Source: Pseudogymnoascus verrucosus (taxonomy: Eukaryota). Taken from it: a DNA stretch of 64,000 nucleotides. Made by a program: the position numbers and the translations under genes. The stretch lies in assembly GCA_001662655.1 (NCBI GenBank), contig KV460221.1. The stretch is one strand, 5' to 3'. Each line of letters starts with the position of its first letter. Position 1 is the first letter of the stretch. This document shows positions 25,049 through 37,967 of this stretch, piece after piece. The notes under the pieces are model-generated. The model worked only from the letters and a program-made list of their open reading frames with translations, made no database searches and was not told the origin of the DNA.

Positions 25049-25811
25049 ATGCGTACCTACGACGACACCTTCTCCGGCACGAAGATCTACCCTGGAAAGG
25101 TACACATACAATCCGATCCCCTCCCAAATCCATGACGCAGAGAGGTGGAAGCCGCGATGACGAGGGGCGAATCCGCGTCGTTGTCGCTCCGGGCTGGGCG
25201 ATTGAAGGAGCACACACAGGCGTCCGCGAGGGAGGGCACACATCTCAGATTATACAGAAAGGCTGACAGTTTTCCGTGTTGCAGGGTAAGATCTACGTCC
25301 GCGGCGACAGCAAGATCTTCCGTTTCCAGAAGGGCAAGTCCGAGTCCCTGTTCCTCCAGCGCAAGAACCCCCGCCGCATCGCATGGACCGTCCTCTTCCG
25401 CAGACAACACAAGAAGGGTATCTCCGAGGTACGCAAGCACTCCGAAGGCGCAACCCCGGCGCAGATGGGAAAAGGATAGAAGAAGAACAAAGAAGAAGAG
25501 GAAGCTAACCGCCGTCGAAACTACAGGAAGTCGCCAAGAAGCGCTCGCGCCGTACCGTCAAGAGCCAGCGTGCCATTGTCGGCGCCTCGCTCGATGTGAT
25601 CAAGGAGCGCCGCACACAACGCCCCGAGGCGCGTGAGGCTGCCCGCAAGGCCGCCATCGCGTCCGGCAAGGAGAAGAAGTCCGCTGCCGAGTCGGCAAAG
25701 AAGGCCAACAAGGCCAAGACCGCTGCGAACGCTGCCAAGGGAGGATCGAGGATCACGAGCAAGCAGGGCTCCAAGGGAGCTCAGGCCAAGGTGGCCGCCA
25801 ACACCCGCTAA
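25049..25811 (+). CDS. RPL24: 60S ribosomal protein L24 (eL24), 3 exons
   Basis: MRTYDDTFSGTKIYPGK|GKIYVRGDSKIFRFQKGKSESLFLQRKNPRRIAWTVLFRRQHKKGISE|EVAKKRSRRTVKSQRAIVGASLDVIKE...; introns at 25100-25284 and 25429-25526. Confidence 0.97.
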
Positions 25812-26752
25812 ATCGTTGGGACGATGGGTTTGGGACTGCTCGGGCTGGGAACTTTTACGTGATACGGGGCTTGCTGGATGCGCATAGTAGCTGTTGTTCA
25901 ATGCAAGTCTGATACGTGTATTCGGGACTACTTGCGGTTTTGTGTGAATGTGGATGTGATACGAATGCGAGGCGGAGTCGATACAAGGCCGATATACGAT
26001 TGGAGAAACGACAAACCCGAGCTATTTTGCCGACAGCCGAACCGGAGACTCTGCCTTGATGTGTTTTGTGTGAAAGGGAAACAGTCGACTGTCTTTGAAA
26101 TTTGTGACTGGGCTTGTTACGCTTTTGTCTACGGATATATCTACCCCTCCATCCCATCCCAGCCCACCCCTGAGGCCAGCTTCTCAAATAATCTCCAGGG
26201 TCCTATTTCCTCCACAACAGCCATGGCACGAAGAAACCCAATTGGAATTGCTTCTATGGCCGTACGAAAACAGTATTTAAATATAATTCTTACCATGCAT
26301 TTTATAATCAAGCGCTTCCTAGCCATAACTTCTCTACCATGCACCTCAGAATCAAGCGCTTCACAAACACGCACTCTATAATTGTTCACTTCATATCCAC
26401 GCACTCCACGTTTACTCACAATCAAGCACTCCATTACCATAGAAACTACCGAAATCCTCATCAAAAGCGGAATTATATTCAGTCATAGATCCAACATCTC
26501 AAACTATTCATGGCTGATATGCCCATCCGAAATATCCCCAGACGCCGCGCGCCGGCCCGTATCACATAGCTCATCCTATCCATACACATACACTCTTCCA
26601 CCGCGGGCGATATACACCCATATAATACACATCCTGCCAGTATCATACACATACATGCCTCCTCTCATCATCTCAAACACACCCTATTCAGGTGCCATGC
26701 CATTGTTCCCACACCTTTGTCTCCGTGCCTTCCCAATCACATTTTGGCGTAT

Positions 26753-27422
26753 CTACCTCTTAACATCCGCCTTCCCCTCAGCGCCCTCGTCATTGCGCGC
26801 AGCCTCGATGGCATCAACGACACCGCGCAGTGGTGTCTTCGTCTGCTCCGCCTGTTTCTGCTCAGCTAGGCGCACGGCATCGGCGATCTTCTTCTTCTTG
26901 GCCTCCATTTCCGCAGCAGCTTCCCAGACTGTGGAGTTATTAGCCCTTGTCCTATCATGCTGACTGACACCTCCGTCCCTTCACACACACACACACACAC
27001 GCGCCCCCTCCCCTCTCTCCAGCTCTACAGGCGCATAATCAGAAAGACTGGGTGGTACTCACTCGGCTTATCACTCTTACTATACTCCTTCAGGCGCGTG
27101 ACGAAGTTATCAAACTCCTCCTGCTTCTGCTGCCTGTTCTCGAGCGAGCGGCGCTGCAGCTCGGGGTTGTAGCGGGAGAAGAGCTCTTCTTCGGTGGGGG
27201 TGAGCCACATGGTGAGGGCGGGGCCGCCGATGCAGAGGATTGCGCCGCTGGAGGAGGGTTAGCTTGGGGTCTTGGAGGGGTGTGGTGGGAGACGGAGGGG
27301 GAGCAGTGGGAGGGGGAGCAGTGGGGATGGGGAGCAGTGGGGATGGGGAAGGACGAAACGAACCCGATGGTCATTTTGGCGTACATGCCCCAGGGCGTGG
27401 GTTTTGGGGCCTTGCGGACCAT
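26753..27422 (-). CDS. CBP4: Cytochrome b (complex III) assembly factor Cbp4, 3 exons
   Basis: [73 protein letters not shown]... Confidence 0.9.
26982..27000. repeat. (CA)n microsatellite in a CBP4 intron
   Basis: cacacacacacacacacac. Confidence 0.85.
27296..27350. repeat. 15-16 bp G-rich tandem repeat (GGAGCAGTGGGGATGG x3) in CBP4 intron 1
   Basis: Three adjacent copies are directly visible. Confidence 0.75.
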
Positions 27423-29162
27423 TTTGTGAGTGGTGGGGGGGAAGAGGTGTGCGTGAGTGGGAGTGTCGGGCTTTTGAGCTTCGCTGGGCTGGGCCTAGAT
27501 AAATAAATCGTGATGATGTCGACGATAGTATAATAAACTACATTGCTGGTCTTACTAGGATACCGTAATTACGAGACTGGATTGTGAGTGCGCTGATTGG
27601 TGGATAGCTAAGCAAGCTAAGACGAGGCTGAGACGAGTGGGAAGGCTGAGGATTGGGGGGTTTTAATCTTAGAGGCGGCGGTGGCTGGCGGGCGCGTGGT
27701 GTCGTCGTGGCGGGTGGAGTGGGCGTCGACGTCAATGGCGGATATCTATACGAGCGGTCATGGAAAGTTTGGAGCGAATACATGGGCATAGGCATAGGAT
27801 GGGATGAAATGGACTGGTAACTGGCTATGGAGGCGTTAAGGAGGCGGTGGAAGGATGACGGACGAGAGAAGGAATGATGGGCCCCTCATGTGACGAGGAT
27901 GGAACGAGTGTCAGGTCAGACTCGCACACTTTGAAACTCGAAACATGTGTCAAGAAGAGGAAAGAAGCTATAGCCGCGCATAGTTGGGTAATAATACTCT
28001 AGGGTGTTTGTGTGGGTTGGGATTAAGTTACGTAGGTGTTAATATTACAAGCAAGAATAAATAATATCGAAATAATATAATATCCGATATTTGATATATG
28101 ATAAATCACAGTCTGTTAGTAACAGATGGCAATACAAGACTGGTAGAGAAGAAGAGTGTAGAGTAAATATGCGAATAATTAACAGGATTCTGTCTTGATT
28201 ATCTCAATATCTCAACATCTCAATATCCCAATAACACCTCATCTCTCTTCTCTCTTCTTGTACCTGCATCTGTCATGCATTAACTATTAACTAGGAAATT
28301 TAACTAGGGAAGGAAGGGAGGAAGGAACGAGTCTGGATGGTAGACGAGGAAAGGCTACGGCAACTACGGGGAGTTGCAAACTCACAAGGTACACCCTATG
28401 GTCACCGTCGACGAGTAAGGTGCTACAGTACTTGGCATTAGGTGTACGCCAACCTATAGCACAAGGTACCCCACCATTTGCCCAATTGCTACTGTACATA
28501 CCCTATACTTACACCTAATACTTACTACCCTGGGACCCTGGGACACTGGGGGAATGTCTACAGCATGAACAACTTCAAACAACAAACTTCCGGCAACATC
28601 TCAGCCCGGATTGCTATCCCGAAGCTTATTTCCACTCCCTCAACAATCTTTCTCGTACATTTCTTATCCCATCTATTATCCATCTATTCGAGTCCTTTGT
28701 TGTCGTCGTCGCTGTTGCTGTCGTTGTGACCACCCTACGACCTGTTAAACAAGTCCTCTTTATTTGTCCTCAAAAGTACGAGTACCGTTCTACCGTCCCA
28801 TCTTTTGTACCGCGCCGCGTTAGTCTGGCCTGACCCCGTTACCTCCACCTTTTTCAGGGTCAAGTGGGACCCATTCACCACCCTTCGTCCCCATAAACCC
28901 TCCACTTTGAAGGTCCCCCGGGGAAAATAGAAAAGAAGACACGAGGGGTTGCATCACCACTACACAGCATCATACTCGACGGGAGCCACAGACACCGACG
29001 AGACCACCCGCCCGCTCGCCAGACACGCCGCAAGTAGCAACGCGCCGAGAGTGTCTCACAGCACCACCTGACCACCGAGGTCGACCCCAGCTTCGTCCGT
29101 CGCATCGCGGGTCGCAAAACCGTAACTTCACACATACGTCGCGCTCGAAGCCAGAACACACA

Positions 29163-32100
29163 ATGGCGTACAACCAGGGCCGTCCTAACGACGGGCGACA
29201 ACCGCAGCAGCAATACCAGGCTTATGGGCCAGGAGGAGGAGGAGGAGGGGGTGGAGGGGGAGGGGGAGGAGGCCAGTACCAGCAAGACGACTACGGCTAT
29301 GACAACGGAGGCGGAGGCGGAAACGGCTACGACCAGGGATACCAGCAGCCGCCGCCGAATGCGCGCGGCGGAGGAGGAGGTGGCCAAGGGCCACCGCCGA
29401 GGGGTTACCCACCACAGAACCAGAACTACCCGTCGGGAGGAGGGTATCCAAATGGCGGGGGTGGTGGTGACCCGAGGGCGCAAGCTCGCGGAGGACGAGG
29501 TGGCCCGGACCTCTATGCGCAGAGACCCCCGCCAAGAGGAGACAGCAGAGGATATGGCGGGGGAGGAAATGCCCCCCCACCACGAGGCGACAGTAGGGGA
29601 TACCCAGGCCAAAGTGGACCGCCTGGGGCTAACATGGGGAGAGGAGGGGGTCGGCCTGGGGGCTCAGATCCAGGTAGTGAGTATTGCGCCTTTCTTTCCA
29701 CGAAAGCGGCTACTGATTATGAGCAGGAGGAGTTGCGCGAAAACCGATGCCTGGTCCGGGAGCACCGCAAGTGGATGGGCTGGCGCAGCAGTTTGCTGGC
29801 GTGGATATAAATGGTGGTGACCGACGACAGGCTCCATCGCAGGGAGGATATCCACCACAAGGCCGAGGAGGGCCACAGCAGGGATATGGAAGGGGGGCAG
29901 GAAATGACGGATATGGGCAAGGTGGCTATGACCAGACCAATGCAGAAGGCAACCCAACCTCACCTATTCGAACAGGTTTCAATGCGAACGGTCAGCAATA
30001 CCCGCTTGAAGCACCAGGCGGTAGCGCACCCTACAATGGCCCGGCTGGCCGAGGGATTCCCAGACCTGCGACGGCATCGTCAGACAGACCAGGTCCCCTG
30101 CAACGCTCATACACACAGCCGCCTCTCCCACAGGGTGGTGGTGGTTATGGTGGTTATGATGATGGGTACGGCACTGCCGGATATGAGCAGAACAATGGCC
30201 GCCAGGGGCATGACAGTGTCATCGACCTTTATGATCATTATTTTGACAGTAGTGGTATGCCTTGTCCCCCCAGCCGATTAACACAGTCTAACAGGAGCAG
30301 CTCAAGATCCCCACAACCGTTCCATGTCCTTAGATCAATCTAGACTAGGTAAGTCGGACGAGCGCTCTAATATTCCCCCTCTTCAAGGGGCCGCCTCGCA
30401 AGTGAGCTATCAAAAGTCTGTTGATGCTCGTGCGGGTGCCGAGGCCCAGTCCGTCGTTTATGGTGTTGCTGCCTCCCCAGGCTTGGATGATTACTCACAT
30501 CGCCAAGGTAACCAAGGCCAAGGATACCAGGACGATGGATACGGCCAGCAGCAGCAGCAGCAGCAGTATAACGGACAGGCCCAAGGCCCTCAAAACGGCT
30601 ATGGAAATGGAAATGGCCAAGACCAAGGGTTCGGGCCACCTGCGCGGTCGGCGACCGAGAATATTGGGGCTGGCGGAAGAGGTAAGGATACCACAACGTA
30701 CTTATTCTACTTATTCATACAACTGACACAGTAGCAGCCACCGGACCAGGTGGTCTCCCAGCACACCCAGCACCGTACAGACCAGGCCACCAACAGCCAT
30801 CCGCCAACCAGATGAACAGCAAGCCCCCGCCGGTCCGCAACTACAACCCCAGCATTGCTTCCGCAGACACCGCCCCATCGAGCTACCCCTCCACCACGTC
30901 CACGCCCGCACCACCCGCGGAACCTGAAGCCGAGTTGACCGTCACACCAGCCGAGCTGGAGCGCCTCCGCGCCATGGTAAGCAACAACCCCATGGATGAA
31001 GCCATGCAGCTCGTCCTAGCGCGCAAGCTGGTCCTCGCCTCCGAGACTCTCGCCACCACGATCCCTGACCCGAAGACGCGCGCCAAGACACGTGAGCGCT
31101 GGGTGATGGAGGCGCACAAGATCCTCAAGAAGATGGTGGCGATCCCGAACATGGATGCCATGTTTTTCCTTGCCGACTGCTACGGGCGTGGCGCACTGGG
31201 ACTGGAGACCTCGCCCTCGCAGGCTTTCACTCTCTACCAATCCGCTGCCAAGGCAGGCCATGCGCAAGCCGCGTACCGCACAGCTGTGTGCTGTGAGATC
31301 GGGCAAGAAGACGGCGGCGGGACGCGCAAGGATCCACTGAAGGCGATGCAATGGTACAAGCGCGCCGCAACTCTGGGTGACCCGCCCGCTATGTACAAGA
31401 TGGGCATGATCCAACTCAAGGGCCTCCTCGGGCAGCAGAAGAACGTGCGCGAAGCCGTAATGTGGCTCAAGCGCGCCGCAGACCTCGCAGACGCCGAGAA
31501 CCCGCACGCGCTGCACGAGCTGGCACTGCTGTTCTCCGCACCGCAGAGCCAGGACACCAGCGTGGTTCGCGACGAGGCGTACAGTCTTACCCTGTTCAGG
31601 CAGGCGGCCGATCTAGGGTACAAGTTCAGTCAGTTCCGTCTGGGCGCTGCGCACGAGTATGGGCTGTTTGGGCTGGTTATTAATCCCAAGGAGAGTATTC
31701 AGTGGTACTCCCGGGCTGCGGTGCAGGAGGAGCACCAGAGTGAGTTGGCGCTCAGCGGGTGGTATCTTACTGGTGCGAAGGATGAGCGGAGCGGGCAGAT
31801 GATCCTGGCGCAGAGTGATACGGAGGCGTATCTGTGGGCGCGCAAGGCGGCGATGGCCGGGTTGGCGAAGGCGGAGTATGCGATGGGGTATTTTACGGAG
31901 ATGGGGATTGGGAGCACCCAAGACATTGAGGGGGCGAAGCGGTGGTATTGGAGAGCTGCTGGTGAGTTTATACTTTTTCTGTTTACCCTTTATACCCCCT
32001 ATTTTTCGACCTTGGCGGCTGTGGCATTTTGTAGTGGCAATGCTGACCATTACTAGCTCAAAACTTCCCGCAAGCGCGCGAGCGCCTTGAGGAGCTGAAG

Positions 32101-32193
32101 CGTTCAGGCGGCAAGGGTGGCCTTCCGAACCGTGACCGCATTTCGCGTAGTAAGGTGGGGAAACAGAATGAGGGCGAGTGCGCGGTGATGTAA
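29163..32193 (+). CDS. CHS4: Chitin synthase activator, Sel1-repeat protein (Chs4/Skt5 family), multi-exon
   Basis: Gly/Gln/Pro/Tyr-rich N-terminus. Sel1 repeats: AFTLYQSAAKAGH, AMQWYKRAATLGDPPAMYKMG, LALSGWYLTG, AEYAMGYFTEMGIG. The last exon ends in the CaaX motif CAVM*. Confidence 0.92.
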
Positions 32194-33927
32194 TGGGGCA
32201 TACCTGCCTGGCTGAGGATGGCAAATAAAAAAAAGCGCGGTGCATGTGCATGGATGGATGGGGCTGGACCCTAGTACTGTTGTGGGAGGGGGAGGATGAG
32301 TGATGAATTGGGGGGGGGGGGGGGTTGTTGGATGATAGATGATGGATGTGAGGGGGATGAGATATGGTAATACCCTGGTAGGGAATAAACGAACGAAAGA
32401 CGGACGATATGGAAGAGAGGATGGATGGATGAAAAAGGGGAGGAAATGGCAGGGTTGGATTTTTATGTATGAACATCCCGCATTTACTACCCCTTGCCGA
32501 GTATCTATCTATTTGGAAGCTAGGAAAGGGAGGGGAGCTAGGGATTTATGGGTTTTGGCGTTTGGGAGAGGGGTGTTTTTGTAGATTCGAAGGGGGGAGT
32601 GAATGAAGTGTGTTGAATCGAGAGTAGTGTTTTTGTGAGATGTGTCGGTGTGTCATGGTTTCTGGATGATTGACGAGTTGAAGTGGGCTGGAGGGGAAGT
32701 CCATCTACCCGTAGTATAAATGTTTATACTGAGTTCGGGTTCGGCCAGAGACTGCATCGCAAAAGATACCAACGAATAAATAAGGGCCAGAGAAGCGATC
32801 GAGGGAAATGCCCATTCAGTACTGAAGAGAATTGCGTATTTAGTGATAGAGAGAGCCAGGCTAGCGATGACTGTGTGGTTGGATCATAGAAAGCATCGAT
32901 ACCATCATCGGCACAATCGGGAGCCAACTGGGATATGGGCTGACGGCGGCTGTGGTACGATCGTCTTATGCATACATGATGGGTCGGTGTATCCTATGCG
33001 ACGGTGGGAAGAGCGCGGGAGAACCTGCTACAGTATTAGTAGCATAGGCTTCTACAGTTCATGGAGTGAGTTGGAGGACGGAGGCCCCTTGTGTGCATCT
33101 TTTGCCCGACTCTCATAGTACAGGGAGTAATCTCCAAGGGGGGCAACAATTCTGTTGTGACTCCATATGTGGCCTTTTATGAGAGCTGTCTCTTGTGCAG
33201 CTGCTCAAGCCAGGCCGGATTTTGACCTTGAATTGAGGAGAAGTAGCAACTACCGTCCCTCCCATCGTCGGTTAGAGAATGCACTTCCCAGATGATCATA
33301 TGTGAGGTATATATGCGTATTCTTTATATTCTAAGCTATATGCTCATAATAATTTATCTATCCCCTTGCCCAAAGCTAAGCTGAACTATATATTTATATT
33401 TCTGTCATGACTGGTATTCGCTTCAAAATTTAGCAATGTATGATTGAGCCACCCGCTTTCTTTGCTCGCATATATGCAGTAGCATCGCATTTATATCTCC
33501 CAAAATCTTTAGCTCAGTGAGATGGAACTTGACATCGCCCATGGTTCTGGTTTCCCTTGCCTCGAGTCGCTGGGCTGTGCGGAGGACCGCTCTGCACCTG
33601 GGCTTCGATGAGAACCGGCCTCCTTGTGCACTGTGCAGTGAAAGGGGTAACTGCGACTTGATTTGTGCCATTTACAAGAAGCAATCGAGGAACCTGGTGC
33701 AGTTGTAGTGATTTTGTAGCCTCTGCTTTGCAGAAAATGGGGGTGGTTATTTGATGATAGGGTCGGTGTATGGTCGCACGATGCTGATGGGACTCGATGT
33801 TCGCCGTTGGCGGTTCATTTCGCTCGGAGTAGTAAACCTTGGGAGTGGTTGCGCCCATTGTGCTCCGAATCTATGCACTTCCGTCTTCACGAATACCTTT
33901 TCTTCCACCGTCCAATATACCACAAAA

Positions 33928-35634
33928 TCACACCTCCTCCTCATCATGCTCACCCTCATCCCACTCCTCCCCCTCCAACTCCTCGCCCCTAATCCCCCAA
34001 CTCGCCACGAACCCCAGCACCGCAACACCCCCAAACACCCCAAACGGGATCCAACCACCACTCCTCCCATTCTTCGGCGCAGCGCTGAACAACCCACCCG
34101 CGATTACGGGACCAACCGCTCGCCCCGCCGCGCTAAGCGTCTGTGCCAACCCGTTCAGAGCGCCTAGGCACTCTGGTTCAGGGGCTGAATTGGTGATGAG
34201 CAGGAGGGCGCTGGAGAGGCCGCCTACGGATGCTACTGTCTTGGCGAGGAGGACGAGGGAGATATGTGCCCACATCCACATGTGTCCTGTGAGGAACTTG
34301 AACGGCGGTTTTGCGTCCGCGAATGGTACAGTCGGGGTTGCGAGGAGGGCAACGGCGAATAAGCCTAGGCCGGCGCGGTACGTCGCTTTGTTTCCCATCT
34401 TGTCGCGTAGGCGGCCGAAGATGAGGACCTGGAAGATGATGGTAGCGACACCGGCGGCGGAGAGCGAGAAACCGATATCTCGGGCGGGGATGTTGCGGCC
34501 GAGTGGGGGGTCAGCGAAGGCGAAAACGGGGTAGAGGGCGTTGAAGGATGCGTTGGAGAGCTGGAAGACAAAGTAGGTTGATAGAAGGAGGAGGGTGGTA
34601 CCACTGAGGAGGTCTTTGATGGGGATGGAGTTAGATGGGCCAGCGAAGATGTCACGGAGGAGGGAGGAGGATGGGGAGGTGCTGCTTGTGCCCGAGACGG
34701 TAGAGCTGTGGGAGTAGGCTCGGCGGTGGCCGTGGTGGTGGAGGGGACCACGGCGGGTGTAGGTTGGGCGGATGGCACCTGCGGCAAACTGCCACATCCA
34801 TGAGAAGAAGGCTCTGACTCTGTCTTGTAGTGGTGGGAGGTCCTTGGCCTCCTCGAGGCTCTCTTCGAGGAATATCAGGATAACTGTAAATTCCACCACC
34901 AGTATGACAGCTGCAACCAGGTTCGGGAGCAAGAACGGGTAGGATTGTTTCTTCGCACTAGACCCTCCTTGCACCAACAATCCTCCCAGTGCCGGCCCTG
35001 AGATAGCGCCTAGACCGTAGATAACGGGCAGCCAGACGAAAGCGCGGCCTTGATTCGAGCGGTCCGTGATCTCGCCCAGACACGTACTTATAAGGCCCTG
35101 ATTCCCATTTACAATCCCCATTATAGCTTGCACGACGATCGCATGCCATAGTTTTGTGCAGAACCCGAACCCAACAAATGCCACAGCTGTGAGGATGGCA
35201 CCGAGGAGGATAACTGGCTTGCGCCCAATGCGATCGGAGAGTGAGCCCCAGAAGTAATTCGTGAGGAGTTGCGCAGCAGCAAATGACGAGCCGATTGCGC
35301 CGACATATAGACCAATTTGTGATGGGTCTGTTGAGGGGAAAGAGGCCACCATCTGTGGCAGGTACGGGGAGATGGAGTTCAGCGCAGTTTGCTCGGCCAG
35401 GGCGATGACCGCAAGAACGGCGAGCTGACGGCGCGGAAGCGGCGACTCATGGTTGTGGTTGTTGTTATGATGCTCGTCGTCGGCATTGGATATCCCATCT
35501 TGGTCGTTGGTGGAGTCGAAGGGGGATGAGAGCGCATGCCCGCGTGATCGTGGGGGAGCTGTGGGGAACGTCTGGTAGTGTGGCGTCGAGGACTGGCGGC
35601 GATTGAGGCCCGCCACGATGGGTTTGCGACTCAT
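33928..35634 (-). CDS. MFS transporter (DHA1/TetA-related, YCR023C-like)
   Basis: Intronless, about 12 TM segments, MFS motif A WGSLSDRIGRKPVIL, and GPALGGLL. Confidence 0.92.
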   Translation of the reverse strand: MSRKPIVAGLNRRQSSTPHYQTFPTAPPRSRGHALSSPFDSTNDQDGISNADDEHHNNNHNHESPLPRRQLAVLAVIALAEQTALNSISPYLPQMVASFPSTDPSQIGLYVGAIGSSFAAAQLLTNYFWGSLSDRIGRKPVILLGAILTAVAFVGFGFCTKLWHAIVVQAIMGIVNGNQGLISTCLGEITDRSNQGRAFVWLPVIYGLGAISGPALGGLLVQGGSSAKKQSYPFLLPNLVAAVILVVEFTVILIFLEESLEEAKDLPPLQDRVRAFFSWMWQFAAGAIRPTYTRRGPLHHHGHRRAYSHSSTVSGTSSTSPSSSLLRDIFAGPSNSIPIKDLLSGTTLLLLSTYFVFQLSNASFNALYPVFAFADPPLGRNIPARDIGFSLSAAGVATIIFQVLIFGRLRDKMGNKATYRAGLGLFAVALLATPTVPFADAKPPFKFLTGHMWMWAHISLVLLAKTVASVGGLSSALLLITNSAPEPECLGALNGLAQTLSAAGRAVGPVIAGGLFSAAPKNGRSGGWIPFGVFGGVAVLGFVASWGIRGEELEGEEWDEGEHDEEEV

Positions 35635-35859
35635 CGCCAAGTGGGATCCGGAAGTTGTGAGATTGTCTGTTTATATAAACGCGAAGTATTGGGTGCGGTG
35701 GCACGACCTGTATGCGTTGTGATGCTTTAGGGTCCTGCCAAACCCGCCCCAGCCACCTCTTTTGGGGACCTGAAAGTGTAGCCTTGAGGATACACAGGGA
35801 CGGCGCGGCTGGAGCCAATTCACACGATCAGTGGCAAATTTGCTGAGTTATAGAGTCGC

Positions 35860-35866
35860 TGAGTCA
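35860..35866. promoter_or_regulatory. AP-1/Gcn4(Cpc1)-type site TGAGTCA upstream of the MFS gene
   Basis: Perfect heptamer about 230 bp upstream of the ATG. Several GATAAG motifs follow at 36002-36032. Confidence 0.35.
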
Positions 35867-37244
35867 TGAAAATGACGGATCACCAAATAAGAAGGGATAG
35901 AATGCTCGGGTTGGATGAAGAAGACCAGTTTTTGTGTGGTCTTGGAGGATGACGTTGCTGTTTCTATTCAAAATGCCAAGATTCAAAAATCTAATCGGCG
36001 CGATAAGATTAAATCGGATCAGATAAGATAAGAAACGGTGATCGGTTCCATGAGGGAGACCACCTTCACATCTTCACATCTTCACATCAACAAAACAGAA
36101 GCATAACTTAACTTCACATATCAGAATATGTCGATGCAAGTCTGTCGTCGGCGATGATAGGAAGGCATGTGAGCAAGAATTATTCAACTGCTTACCGAGA
36201 CTCCGCGGCATAAAAACTGTCATTTCAGCGATTTATGGATTTGCTGGGGCATGTACTCCCCGTGTATGCGCAAGTACAGTACATGTGTCTCAGGGAGACA
36301 CGCGATGATCAACGACGCCCCGCTGTCAAATGTGCAGTAATGCCAAATTCAAACCCCGTTAAAACGGTGAGAATGTCAAGATCCGGCGAGCTGGAAATTA
36401 TGGACACAATATCGTTGCAATAGCGCTGTAATAGTGCTGACATTCCTGATTTTCCTGACATAATTGACCTTCCTATACGGCTATCACCATTTCCACTGCT
36501 GACAGTTGTTTAGTTCACCGGATAAAGGGCATATAAGGTCTTTCTAGGCCAATAGGGCCATAGAGAGTAGTATTGATCACGTACTATTCTCGTACTCATC
36601 TCGTACTGACACCGTACCAATGCTGTTACCGAAGCCGAAGCCAAATTCGAAATGAAATGCTCAACCTCGAACTGCCAAGCTGCCAACAGCTATATCTCAC
36701 GTCAGCACAGCCACAACTCACCCGCCCCATGCCAGCAAACACCGATTTCTCAGCCTTGACCGCCTCGGCCTCTGGCGATTTACGTTTATCGGCATAAAAC
36801 ATCCCGGCCAGAGCCACGCCCACGACATGTTTCTAATTTCTCCAACGCTCTGTTTTGCTTTCTCCGGTCATCCACACGAGAAGAGCCCGCGCCGAGGAAA
36901 GCTCTCGGTCTTCCCTCTTACCGTCCTATTCCGAGTTGGTTGGTTGGGGCTAATATGGCCCCCTCCGTGGGCCCCCCAGCCCAGTCATTGCCATGGAATT
37001 GGGGGCGCTCTTGGGTGCGCGGGTGCGGCTATATTTAACCACGCGCATCAATATACCAGGATGACATGTGTATAGCATAGCATACCTATACATCATGGAG
37101 CTATAAGGTAGGCCATCCCAAACGAAACATTTTTATCTTCCTTCCCCCACCCCAGATAAACCCTCTCATCCTTTCCTCGTCACTCATCTCTCATCTCTCA
37201 TCGTCGCATTTCGTTTCTACTCTTCAACACCACCAATTCTCAAA

Positions 37245-37967
37245 ATGCACATCCAACTTCCCACCCTTCTCCTCGCGGCGCTCGCCTCCACCGCGCTCTC
37301 CACTCCCCTCTCCAACAAAAAACGCTTCGATGCCAACACCGACCCAAGCACCCTAACCCTCCAACAAAAACTCGACCTCGCCCCCACCGAAGTCGACCGC
37401 ATCGCCCTCCTCCCCAACCCCGAAGACCACGTCTTCAGCTTCCAGGACGCCACCATCGGCGTCACCACCGGCCTAGGCGGACACACAGTCAAAGCCGATC
37501 GCTCCACCTTCCCCGCCTTAATCGGGTCGTCCGGTAGCATGACGGTCGGATTTATCGGCCCCTGCGGCTTCAACACACCACACACGCACCCCCGCTCCGC
37601 CGAACTCAACATCGTCGTCGAAGGCACCCTGAAGGGCTCCGTGACGGCCGAGAACGGCGCGCCCCACATGCAACATACGCTCGAGAAGTTCCAGATGACG
37701 GTCTTCCCGCAGGGCGCGATGCACACGGAGTGGAACCCCGACTGCGTGCCTGCGGTGTTCGTGGCGTCGTTTTCGAACGAGGATCCGGGAGTGCAGCAGA
37801 CGCTGCAGACGCTGGTGGGGTTTGAGGATGAGGTTGTAAGGGCGGCGATGGGGGGAGATGGGGTGATAGATGGGAAGGATTTGGAGAGCTTTAGGAAGTA
37901 TATCCCGGCCAATGTGGCGTTGGGCGTGGAGAGCTGTTTGCAGAAGTGTAAGATTGGAATGACGTGA
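37245..37967 (+). CDS. Secreted cupin, spherulin-1/germin-like protein
   Basis: Signal peptide; germin box PCGFNTPHTHPRSAE and FPQGAMHTEWNPDC. The stop overlaps a possible donor (ac|gtgagt), so the C-terminus may extend to about 38083. Confidence 0.9.
   Translation: MHIQLPTLLLAALASTALSTPLSNKKRFDANTDPSTLTLQQKLDLAPTEVDRIALLPNPEDHVFSFQDATIGVTTGLGGHTVKADRSTFPALIGSSGSMTVGFIGPCGFNTPHTHPRSAELNIVVEGTLKGSVTAENGAPHMQHTLEKFQMTVFPQGAMHTEWNPDCVPAVFVASFSNEDPGVQQTLQTLVGFEDEVVRAAMGGDGVIDGKDLESFRKYIPANVALGVESCLQKCKIGMT

Noticed and set aside
25281..25290. CAG-G-GTAAG at the RPL24 exon 2 start looks like the EGD1 1-nt exon motif
   Set aside because: Here GGT AAG is needed as coding sequence (PGK|GKIYVRGD); ordinary splicing gives the complete protein.
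28875..32476. Long antisense and alternative-frame ORFs over CHS4 (similar ones over the MFS, MARVEL-like and epimerase genes)
   Set aside because: Explained by high GC and low complexity of the real CDS; no recognisable domains.
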